This document shows positions 31,101 to 51,245 of a stretch of DNA of 64,000 bases, one piece after another. The position numbers and the translations under genes were made by a program. The notes under the pieces are model-generated. The model worked only from the letters and a program-made list of their open reading frames with translations. It had not been told where the DNA came from and did not search any database. This DNA is from the human T2T-CHM13v2.0 reference genome, Homo sapiens: the NCBI RefSeq assembly GCF_009914755.1, contig NC_060928.1. One strand, given 5' to 3'. Numbering within the stretch: the stretch's first letter is position 1; every line of letters begins with the position of its first letter.

Positions 31101-34100
31101 ACCAATGAGAAGAAAGACACAAAGTACCAGAACATCTGGGACACATTTAAAGCAGTGTGTAGAGGGAAGTTTAGAGCACTAAATGCCCACAAGAGAAAGC
31201 AGCAAAGATCTAAAATTGACACCCTAACATTACAAATAAAATACCTAGAGAAGCAAGAGCAAACAAATTCAAAAGCTAGCAGAAGGCAAAAAATAACTAA
31301 GATCAGAGCAGAACTGAAGGAGATAGAGACACAAAAACCCTTCAAAAAAATCAATGAATCCAGGAGCTGATTTTTTGAAAAGATCAACAAAATTGATAGA
31401 CTGCTAGCAAGACTAATAAAGAAGAGAGAAGAATCAAATAGACGCAATAAAAAATGATAAAAGGGGTATCACCACCGATCCCACAGAAATACAAACTACC
31501 ATCACAGAATACTATAAACACCTCTCTGCAAATAAACTAGAAAATCTGGAATAAATGGATAAATTTCTGGACACATACACCCTCCCAAGACTAAACTAGG
31601 AAGAAGTTGAATCTCTAAATAGATCAATAACAGGCTCTGAAATTGAGGCAATAATTAATAGCCTAGCAACCAAAAGAAGTCCAGGACCAGAGAGATTCAC
31701 AGCCGAATTCTACCAGAGGTACAAACAGGAGCTGGTACTATTCCTTCTGAAACTATTCCAATCAATAGAAAAAAAGGGAATCCTCCCTAACTCATTTTAT
31801 GAGGCCAGCATCATCCTGATACCAAAGCCTGGCAGAGGCACAACAACAAAAAAGAGAATTTTAGACCAATATCCCTGATGAAGATTGATGTGAAAATCCT
31901 CAATAGCATACTGGCAAACCAAATCCAGCAGCACATCAAAAAGCTTATCCACCATGATCAAGTAGGCTTCATCCCTGGGATGCAAGGCTGGTTCAACATA
32001 CGCAAATCAATCAACGTAATCCATCAAATAAACAGAAACAATGACAAAAACCACATGATTATCTCAATAGATGCAGAGAAGGCCTTCGACAAAATTCAAC
32101 AGCCCTTCATGCTAAAAATTCTCAATAAACTAGATATTGATGGAATGTATCTCAAAATAATAAGAGCTATTTATAACAAACCCACAGCCAGTATCATACT
32201 GAATGGGCAAAAACTGGAAGCATTCCCTTTGAAAACTGGCACAAGACAAGGATGCTCTCTCTCACCACTCCTATTCAACACAGCGTTGAAAGGTCTGGCC
32301 AGGGCAATCAGGCAAGAGAAAGAAATAACGGGTAATCAATTAGGAAAAGAGGAAGCCAAATTGTCCCTGTTTGCAGATGACATGATTGTATATTTAGAAA
32401 ACCCCATCGTTTCAGCCCCAAATCTCCTTAAGCTAATAAGTAACTTCAGCAAAGTCTCAGGATACAAAATCAATGTGCAAAGATCACAAGCATTCCTATA
32501 CACCAATAACAGACAAACAGAGCCAAATCATGAGTGAACTCCCATTCACAATTGCTACAAAGAGAATAAAATACCTAGGAATCCAGCCTACAAGGGATAT
32601 GAAGGACCTCTTCAAGGAGAACTACAAACCATTGCTCAATGAAATAAAAGAGGACACAAACAAATGGAGGAACATTCCATGCTCATGGATAGGAAGAATC
32701 AGTATCGTGAGAATGGCCGTAATGCCTAAGGTAATTTATAGATTCACTGCCATCCCCATCAAGCTACCAATGACTTTCTTCACAGAATTGGAAAAAACTA
32801 CTTTAAAGTTCATATGGAACCAAAGAAGAGCCCACATTGCCAGGACAATCCCAAGCAAAAATAACAAAGCATCACACCACCTGACTTCAAACTATACTAC
32901 AAGCCTACAGTAACCAAAACAGCATAGTACTGCTACCAAAACAGAGATATAGACAAATGGAACAGAACAGAGGCCTCAGAAATAATACCACACATCTACA
33001 ACCATCTGATTTTTGACAAACCTGACAAAAACAAGAAATGGAGAAAGGATTCCCTGTTTAATAAATGGTGCTGGGAAAACTGGCTAGCCATATGTAGAAA
33101 GCTGAAACTGGATCCCTTCCTTACGCCTTATACAAAAATTAATTCAATATGGATTAAAGACTTAAATGTTAGACCTAAAACCATAAAAACGTTGGAAGAA
33201 AACATAGGCAACACCATTCAGGACATAGGCATGGGCAAGGACTTCTTGACTAAAACACTGAAAGCAATGGCAACAAAAGCCAAAAGAGACAAATGGGATC
33301 TAATTAAACTAAACAGCTGCTGCATGGCACAAGAAGTGAACAGGCAACCTACAGAATGGGAGAAAATTTTTTCAATCTACCCTTCTGACAAGAGGCTAAT
33401 ATCCACAATCTACAAAGTACGTAAACAAATTTACAAGAAAAAAACAACCCCATCAAAAAGTGGGCAAAGGATATCAACAGACACTTCTCAAAAGAAGACA
33501 TTTATGCAGCCAACAGACACAGGAAAAAATGCTCATCATCACTGGTCATCAGAGAAATGCAAATCAAAACCACAATGAGATACCATCTCATGCCAGTTAG
33601 AATGGCGATCATTAGAAAGTGGGGAAACAACAGATGCTGGAGAGGATGTGGAGAAATAGGAACACTTTTACACTGCTGATGGGAGTGTAAATTAGTTCAA
33701 CCATTGTGGAAGACAGTGTGGTGATTCCTCAAGGATCTAGAGCTAGAAATACTATTTGACCCAGCAATCCCATTACTGGGTATATACCCAAAGGATTATA
33801 AATCATGCTACTATAAAGACACATGTACATGTGTGTTTACTGCAGCACTATTCACAATAGCAAAGACTTGGAACCAATCCAAATGTCCATCAATGATAGA
33901 CTGGATTAAGAAAATGTAGCACATGCACACCATGGAATAGTATGCAGCCATAAAAAAGGATGAGTTCATGTCCTTTGCAGGGACATGGATGAAGCTGGAA
34001 ACCATCATTCTCAGCAAACTATCACAAGGACAGAAAACCAAACACTGCATGTTCTCACTCATAGGTGGGAATTGAACAATGAGAACACCTGGACACAGGG

Positions 34101-34320
34101 CAGGGAACATCACACAATGGGGCCTGTGGTGGGGTGGAGGGCTGGGGGAGGGATAGCATTAGGAGAAATACCAAATGTATTTCTAATGACCAGTTGATGG
34201 GTGCAGCAAACCAACATGGCACATGTATACCTATGTAACAAACCTGCACTTTGTGCACACGTACCCTAGAACTTAAAGTATAAAGAAAAAAAAATTTAGA
34301 TTAAAAAAAAGAAAAAAAAG
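28160..34320 (+). mobile_element. Full-length dead L1 (L1PA6-like)
   Basis: 5' UTR, ORF1 from ATG 29191 (frameshifted), ORF2 from ATG 30278 with early TGA at 30365 and further disruptions. EN and RT (LFADD) motifs appear in the ORF track. 3' UTR with G-rich tract and A tail. Confidence 0.95.
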
Positions 34321-36864
34321 CAGTGCTCGGTATGAATATAGCTGATGTTAATAAAATAGACCCTGCCAATTTTCCCCTAATGCTTCCAACAGGAATCTCA
34401 TCCATAGATTCCTGACTTGAAGATAATGATGTGACTATTTTGCAAGTTTTATCCTATTTGCTAATAATTTTACTCTCAGGGTACTTCCAAATGTAAATTT
34501 TCATTTATACCATTCCCTACCCCACCTTTAATTTACAGACTAGTCAGCTGCTTTTTAGGGCATCCCTTACCCTTGTCATTCCCAATATTAAAATAATTTA
34601 TTTATTCTTGGTTCCATCCACAGTTATACTACCTTGAATTATTTCTACATCTGATCTCAGACCCATGACTCCCATCCTCGGCCTCAGAGCACTGCTAACC
34701 TCAAAAGATTCTAGCTGTTCTTCAGTTCTTACTGTCACCCACATCCCACGGTTGCTGCTGAAATCACATGCTAGTCATCCTTTCACCCCACCAGGAATTC
34801 ACAGTCAGTATGTGGCTTCACCGTGACTTTGGACATTCTTTTTCTGTAGAGTTCCACATCCCATAGGCTTCTTTAGTCCTTCGCAGGCAAGGATTTATTT
34901 TGGTAGTGTAATTTTGTCTCCTTTGGTCAGGACATCAAAGTCTCCTCTTCTACTTCTGGAAGTGTATGATTCATAACTAGGTGAACTGGCAGCCACTTTG
35001 CCCTGGGTGTCTGCCTAAGTACACAGCAGATTCTACCCTTTCCAGTCAGCATATATTAACTCACTTGTACCTAGTAAAATCCATTAACTCATGTCCCTAC
35101 TAATTTTCCTACCCACCCTCCAACACTTGCCTAAATATATTTAGAATCTTAAATTGGCATAGGTCCTTTTGAGAGGGAGGAGACAAGATAAGCCAAACTA
35201 ACATTTATAGGATATGTAATTCTACATAAACACAAGGCATTAAACGTAACACCACTAAAACATTTCTTTGAAGCCAGTCCCCATATGGCAGTAAAATGTT
35301 TTAAAGTTCAAACTAGTAAGATTACAATATCAATGAGTTTTGATCTTGATGTATCCTTAAAATGGGTGGAGGGTTTTCTGTGTGTATTCCAGGATCCGGC
35401 TTCTAATTTTCAGGAGATGAGGGGGAGGATGAAGTAAGGGAAAGAGAAAAGGATTTGAGTCAGAGAGACCTGCGTCCAAATCCTGGCTCCTGTACTCTCT
35501 TCTGGGGTGATCTCTGGCCAGTTCTCCAGATCCTTTGAGGTGGGATTTTCTCTCTGTAAAATGGAAGATATACTCTTCAGGGATGCTGGGAGGATTGGGA
35601 TCAATTAAATGCTGCTTATCGTACCTGTCACCTAAGTTGATGCCTAATAAACAGTAATTGCTGTTTTATGTTTTGTTAAGCTGGCAGGGTAATTTAGTTT
35701 CTAACTTACATATGTCTATTTGAAAATGCACTGTAACCACTTCAAATTAAAGATTAAAATTGTATGGTATGAGAGTTATACCTCAATAAGGCTGTTAATT
35801 TTTTTTAATTTAGAAAATTGAATCTATCAAGTTCCCTTAGAAAATGTGAAAGTAATTTTTAAACTGAAAAATTTCACAGCCTGTTCTGTGGGTGACCAAT
35901 AAATACTGATTAATGGACTTTATCTGTAATTTTTCATGAGACCGTAAGTCCAAGACCTCCCTTATGTAGCCTGCTCTTAATCCAAACATTAATTACTACT
36001 TTGGTATCATAAGATTATTATGATATCCATACTCTATGCATTGGGAAATAATTTGAAATTCATGAAGAAGTCCATCCTCATGCTTTGATAAATGAGTATA
36101 ATTAGTTCCAAAATTTCTGTTCATAAGCCAAAACTGGTGTCATCAATCATTGAGTATTCCCATTAAAATTAATGTTAAAAACCTCAGTCTTTCTCTTAAT
36201 GGAGTAATTAATAGAAGAGTGTGCCTCATTTAGTAGTGTTGAAGGTCCCCGAGGCTCTGTCCTGGCTGCCTTTCTCTCCTCCATCCACCCACCCTCCCAA
36301 GGTGACCTCACGTCTCCAATCCCGTGGTTTTGGATGCCTTCTGTGTACCATTGACTCCCAGATGTGTCTCCAGCCAGAGCATCTCACAGGAACTCATATA
36401 TCTAACTTGACATCTCCACATGGCTGTCATCTCAAACTTGGGAGTGGCATGGGGATCATGAGTTCAGTGTGGGCCATGTTAAATTTAAAAACATTAAGAA
36501 GACAAAAGCCATGGATTTCTTCTAGGTTCCATAAAGGTATGTATCATTCTCTCCGTTGCTAAAGCCAAAAATCTTTTCTCATCTCACATCAACACCATCA
36601 GTAAAACCTGTTGCCTCCACCCTGAAAACATCCTTAATCTATGAATTTCTTTCCATCTCTGCTCCTTGCCTGCTGCCTTGCCTGAGGCTAGTTATCTGTT
36701 GCCAAAGTCTCCCTGCCACCACTCTTGCCCCTGCTACCATCACTTCTCACACGACATCCAGAGCACTCTGAAAAATGCAAATCAGTTTATGTTACTTCCC
36801 AGAATAAAATCTTCCAGTGGATTCCCATAGTACTTTGAATAAATCCAAACTCCTTCCAGTGGTT

Positions 36865-37010
36865 CAGTGGTTCTCATTCCTGAGGAGTGCTTGGAATTTC
36901 ATGGGAGCAATTTTTATTGTTGAAATGATTGGAAAGGGGGGCTGCAACTGGCATTTAGCAGGCAGGGTCAGGAATGCTAGATATCCCACTATAGTGAGAA
37001 GGTCCTTCAT
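36865..37010. mobile_element. MER20-like hAT element within L2 sequence
   Basis: cagtggttctca terminus and actggcatttagcaggcagggtcaggaatgctaga motif. Confidence 0.55.
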
Positions 37011-38929
37011 TTTGCCTGCCAATCATTATCTGAGCCTGGATCATTATGCAATATTATATATTAAATACAAAGTACTTACATGGAATTTTCCAGGAATGCA
37101 ATGACTGTGTCAATGTAGAAAAGGATGTACTTCGTTTTGTTTCAAAATTTGTCTAGAAATGTTTACTATTTCAGAAAATCACCTCACCCTTAGAGGAGCT
37201 ACTGGCTGTATCTGAGCCACTATTGCAACATTCCTGCACATGCACAGCGATTCCACCTAAACGGGCAATCATTTGATGGCTTCTCATTCTTTCTAGTGAA
37301 GACATGCCTGAGTATTGACATGTGGCAATACGAAGCACTTTATTATAAATTTCTTTATGAAATTACTCCTTTAACAATAACTAATGGTTGATTGACAATA
37401 CCAGTCCAGGATTATGAGCAAAAATTTTGGACTAGTTATACTCATCCATTGAGGGATGAGTGCATTTCTGTATGAAGCCACAGATTATTTCCCAATGCAT
37501 AGAGTATGGTTGTCATAACAATCTTAAGGCAAAATCAACAGAAATGAATGCAAACCACAAGGGAGCAGTCTAAATCTTTGCGCAAGCTATTTATTCCCTC
37601 TTCCTACAGTGCTCCTCCCGACAGTTTGCATGGATGGCTCCTTCATGAGTATCACCCTGAGGCACTCTCCATCCCATCACCTACTTGAATTCTCTTTGGC
37701 ACTTGTCACCTGATAAAGGACCTTTTTTGTCTTACACAACAGTGTGTCCACTGTGCCTTGAACATTGCCTGGAATATAGTAGGGGCCCAGTGCATATCTG
37801 TGGAATGAAAGAATGAATAAGATGAGGCAATGTAGTGAGCATCCTCTTGGTAATATATAAATAGCATTCCTAATTCTATAAGATAGAAAACTGTCAAGTT
37901 TTGCCCAGTGAAATAAAGTGTTTAAAGTGTTAAAACATTTGAGCCAACCTATAGCATCTGTGGTACCCAGGCCACCATTTCAGAGGTGGCAAATTAAGGC
38001 TAACTGAAGCTGACATTCACAATATATTTGCAAGCTCTTTTATACCAATTAGTTAAAACATATTTGTGGGCACAAATGTGAGGTATAAAAGCTTATGTGA
38101 TATCTTATCAAGACTGGGGATAAAAACCAACCAATCATAGTGGATGGATATGAGGTCAGATTCCTCCCAGCAAACCCTGGTTACCAATTAGCACAAAAAG
38201 GCTTGTCAGCATCAAAAATTGAAGTATAAGCATAGTGCTCAGGCAAGTGGATATTTTCCTCAAGGGGATCTACAAAGAGATGTGAGTAAAGTGTGTTAAC
38301 CTGCTCCAGCCTCCCCATCTCCAGTCCATCCTTCACACCATCTTTCCAAAATGCCAATTGTATCACTCTACTGTGGTGAAAATCCTTCAGTAAGGTCTTG
38401 TCCCTCTATATGTCATGTGCAATGAGATTTTAAAAATGCCATTTACTTGCAAAATGTGTAGGGACCCTTTATAGTCCTCCCATCCTCCTAGCATGACCGC
38501 ACACATGGCTAAGCTCTAGCCACACCTCACCCAGGCTGTACTAACAACCGCTGGCTCTTACACAGCCGAGAGGTTCTTCTCCTGCTGCCTGGAAAATTCT
38601 AACTCATCCTTTAAAAAATGTTTGAGGCCTCCCTGATGCCTGTCTCAGGCAGTGGTGGGTGCTCTCCGTTTCACATGCACCATTCCAAGCAATAAACAGT
38701 CCTTGTGTAATTTTCTAATCATATTCTCCCACTCTGCTAGCTGCTGTTTGAATCCAGGGCCATATCTCATTTATCTTAGGATTCCCAGTGCTACTCCAGG
38801 GCTCAGAATATGATAAGCACTCAATAAATGTTTGTTTGAATGAAAAAGTGGACTCACCTGAAGCTATATAAACTCTTTGTGCAGGAGTAGACAGACCTCT
38901 CAGAAAAGGCTATTATAAATATGATTTTT

Positions 38930-39256
<327 letters not shown>

Positions 39257-39411
39257 TCAATTTGTCTGCAAGGAAGGCTCACTCAGTCTGAATGTGAGAT
39301 CTGAACTTTCCTTCCTTGGGATTCTTAGATTCTATCTCTTTAGAATACAGTTCAGCAAAAACAGGAGATACATGAATTCAGGTGAATATTTACATGCATT
39401 AAATTCAACAA

Positions 39412-39531
39412 GATTTTTGTTTGTTTTTTTGGAGACAAGGTCTTTCTATGTTGCCCAGGCTGGTCTCAAACTTCTGCCTCAAGTGATCCTCCTGCATTGG
39501 CCTCACAAAAGTGTGAGCCACCACTCCCGGT
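39412..39531 (-). mobile_element. FLAM / Alu monomer, degenerate
   Basis: gagacaaggtctttctatgttgcccaggctggtctcaaactt. Confidence 0.75.
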
Positions 39532-40692
39532 CCTTAAACTTGATAAGATTTTACCAAGGATATTTTCAACCTTAACACTATCATGGAGTTCTCAAAAGAG
39601 TGAAAGATGTGGCCCAGCCTCGGTCACAGTTAAACCGAGGAGGCCCAGTATACAGGCATAGGAGAGAGAACAAGGGACCAGAGAGATGATGCAGCTCTAC
39701 AATCCCTTGATGGTCCCTGGGAGGCATTAATGGCCAGAAAATGAGACCCTGAAATTGCATGTAAAATATTCTGTGTATATATCAAGGTGTCTTTTCCCTA
39801 AAAGGGTGGGGGTGGATAGGCCCATAGCTTTCATTAAATTCCCAAAGCCATCTGTGACGATAAAACATTAAGATCTGGCCCAATATCCACTCCTCCCACC
39901 TCTATGGAGGAAACTGAGGCCTGAGCAATTAGGTGATTTCTCCCAGGCCTCACGGCACTTTAGTGTCACATCTGTGTCTAGATCCCAATGTCCAGGGATC
40001 TTTCCACTTCTTGGCCACGTCGTTGTCCCACCAAAGAAGCCTGAAGGCTCTGGCAGTTCTGTTGGAAAGGCTTCTGAAATTGATGGCAGTGTTTCCATTT
40101 GTCCTAAGTTAAATATAATATCAAAGGGTAGCACTTTAAAATTAGGGGTAAATACTAGGCTTATTATATTTGATCTCCGTTTGACACCAGATTATATAAC
40201 TATACTATGATACCTATATCTCCCTGGCTCTCTACAATTTGAAGATGCTTTTAAATTCCTTTTACATTTGTACCAGGTCAGAATGCAAATTTTATAATAA
40301 AATTACTGAGTTGCGTTTGAGCTTTTAAAATGGTAGTTTCATAGGCTCTTTCTAAAATAGTGATGATTTGCTTTATTTATACACGAGCTAAGCTATTTAA
40401 CTCTTTAAAAGGAACTATGCATTTCAATATTTGGTTTTCTCTGTAGGAAATGACAGTCAGAAGTTCCCCAGGGAAATTCCTGTTTCAATTCCATTTTTAT
40501 GCTTTTGGAAAGAAAAACATCATTGCTTTTTGATTTAGAATAGCAAAAAGAGGTTATGTGTTTCTGTTTATCATGGAATATGCCCCCCTTTTAGAGTTAC
40601 AGCCTTGATGCAATTGCTGATGTATCAATGAAAACAGCCTATCGTCCTGTAACCATTTTATTTGCTGTAACCATTTTCTTGGCTTTTAAATA

Positions 40693-40975
40693 CAGTGTTT
40701 CTCCGTATCTGAGGCATATAGCAGAAGGATTGGTTTCAGGACACCTTCAGATATCAAAATCCCCAGATGTTCAAGTCCCTTATATAAAATGGATAGTATT
40801 TGTGTATAACCTATGCACATCCTCCTATGTACTTTAAATCATCTCTAGATTAATTATATACCTACTACAATGTAAATGCTATGTAAATAGTTGTTATGCT
40901 GTATTTTTTAATTTATAAAATAAATGTACTACATTGTTTTCTTATTTGTAAGATTTTAAAGAAGAGGTTCAACTG
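40693..40975. mobile_element. MER2-like (TcMar-Tigger) element
   Basis: TA|CAGT...ACTG|TA termini; internal gttcaagtcccttatataaaatgg...aacctatgcacatcctcc...tactttaaatcatctctagatt. Confidence 0.8.
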
Positions 40976-43220
40976 TATACAGTTCAGAGGTTCAACTACA
41001 ATACTAAAGGAGAACAGGAAGTTCTTCCCAGGTTGCACACTGCCTACAGTGATTCTGCTTAAAGTATGGCATTATTGCAGAACTAATCTCACTCAGAGTG
41101 CTCAAATGCGGTAAGGGAGGGTGAAAAAGCTTCCAGTTGCAGAAGAGCTAATTGACATATGCTACTATCACTATGAAACATCTAACCTTGGGGAGTGGTG
41201 GGGAGGAGCTAGTGGGGAGAAGGGAGGATGGAACCAGTCCTCCCTCCATGGGAATTCTTAGAAGAAAAGGAAAAAAAAAAAAAAAGATAGTCTGGAGGGG
41301 AAACGATCAGAAGGAAAGTCTAGGAGCATTATGCAAATATAGTAAAGCATTAGCATTATGTACACAGGAGGGGCAAATGCATGTAAATTGCAAACACAGA
41401 GGAAAACTAGTGGAGCAGGAGGGGTGATCTTCGAGGAGGCTTCACAGCCCAGGCCAGGGGCAAAGGAAGACAAGAAAGGAGGGAAAAATGAAGAGGGGTA
41501 AGGAATGACAACAAGAACAAAAAAAAGAAAAAGGAGAAGAAGGAGAAGGGGATGGGGAGAAGGGGAAGTAGGGAAGCAGGAGTAGGGAGTGGAGGAGGAG
41601 GAGAAGGAAGGAAAACACTGGGAGAATGCAGTTGTTATCTGTACCTCCCTATTTCCCCAAGGTACCCACCTCAATTTCCCAGCCTTCCCCCAACCTCCAA
41701 TTGCTGACCTGCTTGTTCCTAAGCTCCTTTTGAAAGCTGATTTTTCCGGCTTCTGATCATTCATTCAGGTAGCAAGCATTTCTTCAGCAAATGTTTATTG
41801 AGAATGGCTCTGGCAAGAGTGAAGATTTCATCTAGCCTTGGAGCAGGGCTGCCAGGAAATTGCAATGAGGAAATAAAACCTAGGACATTTCCAACAACAG
41901 CCTCAATCCCCAGCAGTGGGTGGTTACACTCAAATAGAATTGGGGTCACTGGCAAAATGGTCCTTTTTCCCGGGTTCCCTTACACAGCAGTCAAGTTGAT
42001 GCTCCATTTGCACTGACTGTGGGTGAAGTGGGCAAGAGGTAGGCGCCTGAGATGTCAGGCAGTGGGAAATACGCCCTCTGACATTAATTAGGGATTGGTT
42101 GTTATGTTACTATCTTATTATACTGTACTTGTTCTCTAGTATTCTGCCCCAGTCTCCTGGCCAGCCTAAAGAATGAGGGATAGAAAGGCTGATTAGAAGC
42201 TCTGAATATGGGCAAAGGGACTTTCTGACCATCAAGTTTCCCTTCACAGCCATTGTTAGGGGATCCCTAAGGCCAAAATTATCAGGGTTTTGCTCTAGGG
42301 TTCTAAGCTCCGTGGTGGCTGCCCTAGTTCTTCCCAGAGAGTTTGTTGGGGAAGAATCTTTGTCTTGGAGTAATTGCTGGGTTGTCACAGTTCTGCAAGC
42401 AATTCTGATGGAATTGGGAGGGAGGTGGGAGAATTGTACTCTATATTAATCCTTCTGTTCTCTGCCTCACTTCTCATTTCTGTGCTGTGATATGTCATTT
42501 CCAGTCTCCTTACCACAGCTGCAGCCCTCACTGCCTATTTTCTAGGTGGCTCCTGCCTCCTGTCTGCTTCATGGCCAACACTCGCCATTCTCTTCACACA
42601 TTTCAGAAATGTGTTGAGCTCTCTTATCAGTGGAAGTGTCCCTTGCCATTTTATTATTATTATTATTATTATTGCTGGAAAATTCTTTTTTTCATTTTAA
42701 ATTACTATAATATTAATAGACTCTCAAGGGGAGCTGTAGATCAGCATGTGTGCTTTGGTCTGCCATCTTGAGTACAGTCTTCTGTGGAAATTTGATACAC
42801 CAGAAATTGGTTCAGGATATGGGCAAAGGAAAATCATTAGAAAAACAACTTGAGGCAAATGGGGCTTCACTGTGCCCTGAAGAACAGGAAACACAGCCAC
42901 AGACAAAAATAAATAAGATTCCTATTGGCAGATATAGAAAAATTATTAATAGTCTTTAGCAGACCAGTCGGAAGCACCCCAGTGCTGCCATGCATCATCA
43001 CAGCCACAAGCCATAGGACAGTTTGCCCATGTCCTCAACATGGAAAAAAATGTTAACCTTGTAAAGTCACCAACACAAATGATCAACATCCATTAAACAA
43101 ATAGTTCATTAAGCATCTATTTCATGCCAGATACTATGCCAAGTGCTTGAGATATAATGGTGAACAAAATCACACATATTTCTTGGCTTCATAGAGTTTA
43201 CAATCTTATGATTATATAAT

Positions 43221-43560
43221 TAATATGGTTTCACTCTGTCCCCACTCAGATCTCACCTTGAATTCCCACGTGTTGTGGGAGGGACATGGTGGGAGGTAAT
43301 TGAATTGTGGGGGAGGGTCTTCCTTGTGCTGTTCTTGTGATGGTGAATAAATCTCACAAAATCTGGTGGTTTGATCAGCACAAGCTCCCTCTTTGCCTGC
43401 TGCCATCCATGTAAGATGTGACTTGCTCCTCCTTGCCTTCTGCTATAATCATGAGGCTTCCCCAGCCACGTGGAACTGTAAGTCCAAAAAGCCTCTTTCT
43501 TTTGTAAATTGCCTAGTCTCAGGTATGTCTTTATCAGCAGCATGAAAACAGACTAATACA
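43221..43560 (+). mobile_element. THE1 (THE1B-like) MaLR solo LTR
   Basis: t(a)atatggttt...gactaataca with perfect 5-bp TSD ataat (43216-43220, 43561-43565). Confidence 0.92.
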
Positions 43561-44238
43561 ATAATTAAATGTAAAATTACATCTGGGGTTACTGCTTTGC
43601 TGAAACAATACATACATCTGTAAGAGTGAATAAGGGGTTGCTGACCAAGTCTGAAGGATAGGTGAAGGTTTTCAGGAGGATCTGACTTATGAGGAGCACA
43701 ATTTTCAATAAGGGCCATTGTGCATTTTATAAATATGTATGTATACTGTTATTACACAGATAGGTTTAATCGTGAAAGATAGTTAAATCCAGCCTAGGCA
43801 TCAGGAGACCTGGGAGACATTTTAGTTTCAGATTTGTCAACAGATGACTATATGACCCTGGGCAACTCAACTCAGCTTCCTTGGGACGGATTTTTTCATC
43901 TGTAAAATGAAGACATCAGATGAAATAATCTGTTAAGTGATGAGTAAGACACAGAAATATATTGTGTTTTCACATAAAATGACCTCATATCTTTGTATAT
44001 TTCTGTTTGCACTTAAAATGACATCATATTGACAAATATACATTGGTCTTGTTTCTGGGAGATGTGTTGGCTAAAGAACAGAGTTTCAAGAAACAATTAT
44101 TTTTGAGCATTAATTAAGTATTCTTTTGGGATTTTTGCTCCTGGACTCATTTTAAATTGTGAAAGTTTCTAAAATGTTAATTTGCAATAGTGTTAACTGT
44201 TGCTTTTAAAATATCCTTCATGAAACTGGGTGGAAGTT

Positions 44239-44281
44239 TGTGTGTATGTATGTGTGTATGTGTGTGTGTGTGTGTGTGTGT
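44239..44281 (+). repeat. (TG)n microsatellite
   Basis: Directly visible. Confidence 0.9.
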
Positions 44282-45110
44282 TTTGTATTTATTGGCAATA
44301 AAAGCCTCCTTGAGGAAACACAAGATTATTTTCTTGTCTATAAAAATGTCCCTAGAAATGATAACATATCTTAGGTTGCCTGAGTGATTTGGCAGATTGA
44401 AAGAGGAACTTATATGTGGTCAGTACCCCAAAATGATTTTTAGAATTAGGCTAGCTCTGCTTCTTGAAGCATGTTATCTTTAATCCCTTGTTTATCAGTT
44501 TGTGCTTATTCTTGCGCTTGATTGAAAATGTTTATAGTTTGGAAACACTATCTCAAAGTGAATTAAATGCTCGTGTATTTTTAAAATAAAATTACACTTC
44601 CATCTTTTAATTTATTTTTGAATTATCGTTGATTATGCTCATAGTTTTAATTCCTAATTTGGAGTAAACTCTCTACCTTCAGGAGCTTCAAGTCATTGAT
44701 CCACTTGGTCCTCAAGTCTAGGTGAGTTCATTATTTCATCAGAGGGGCCGTCCCTCTCCCCTGGACAAAGAGTTGGTACTCAGGTGTGGTTTAGCTAAAT
44801 TCACAGAAAACCTGACTCCACTATGATTTCTTTGGGTGGTATTGAGGCAGAAAATAAAGGTAAGATATGACTAACAGTTGAGAGAGAAATCTCATCTGGA
44901 TCACTGAAAAAGGCTAAAGAAGAAATGTCTGTCTTTCACCAATATTCTTTCCTCCCTGAGAAACAGTGTTTCCACCAGCAGAGTGTAATTGTCCATCTCT
45001 ATTGATCTCCAAGAGCTTTTGAAATATGAACATAATTACAAATAGAGTTTTGGGTGGCACAAGGAAATACTTAGCATCATCTTTGGGAAAGTGGTGGTGC
45101 TCTCTACAGA

Positions 45111-51245
<6,135 letters not shown>

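Noticed and set aside
29537-33578. ORFs with endonuclease/reverse-transcriptase motifs as an active or novel RT system
   Set aside because: Fragments of standard L1 ORF1/ORF2 broken by stops and frameshifts; the same applies to 45358-50128 and 22366-25924.
42042-42058. Canonical BMP-responsive element GGCGCC-N5-GTCT
   Set aside because: GGCGCC is present, but spacing and sequence of the Smad4 half-site (GTCA at N6) do not fit.
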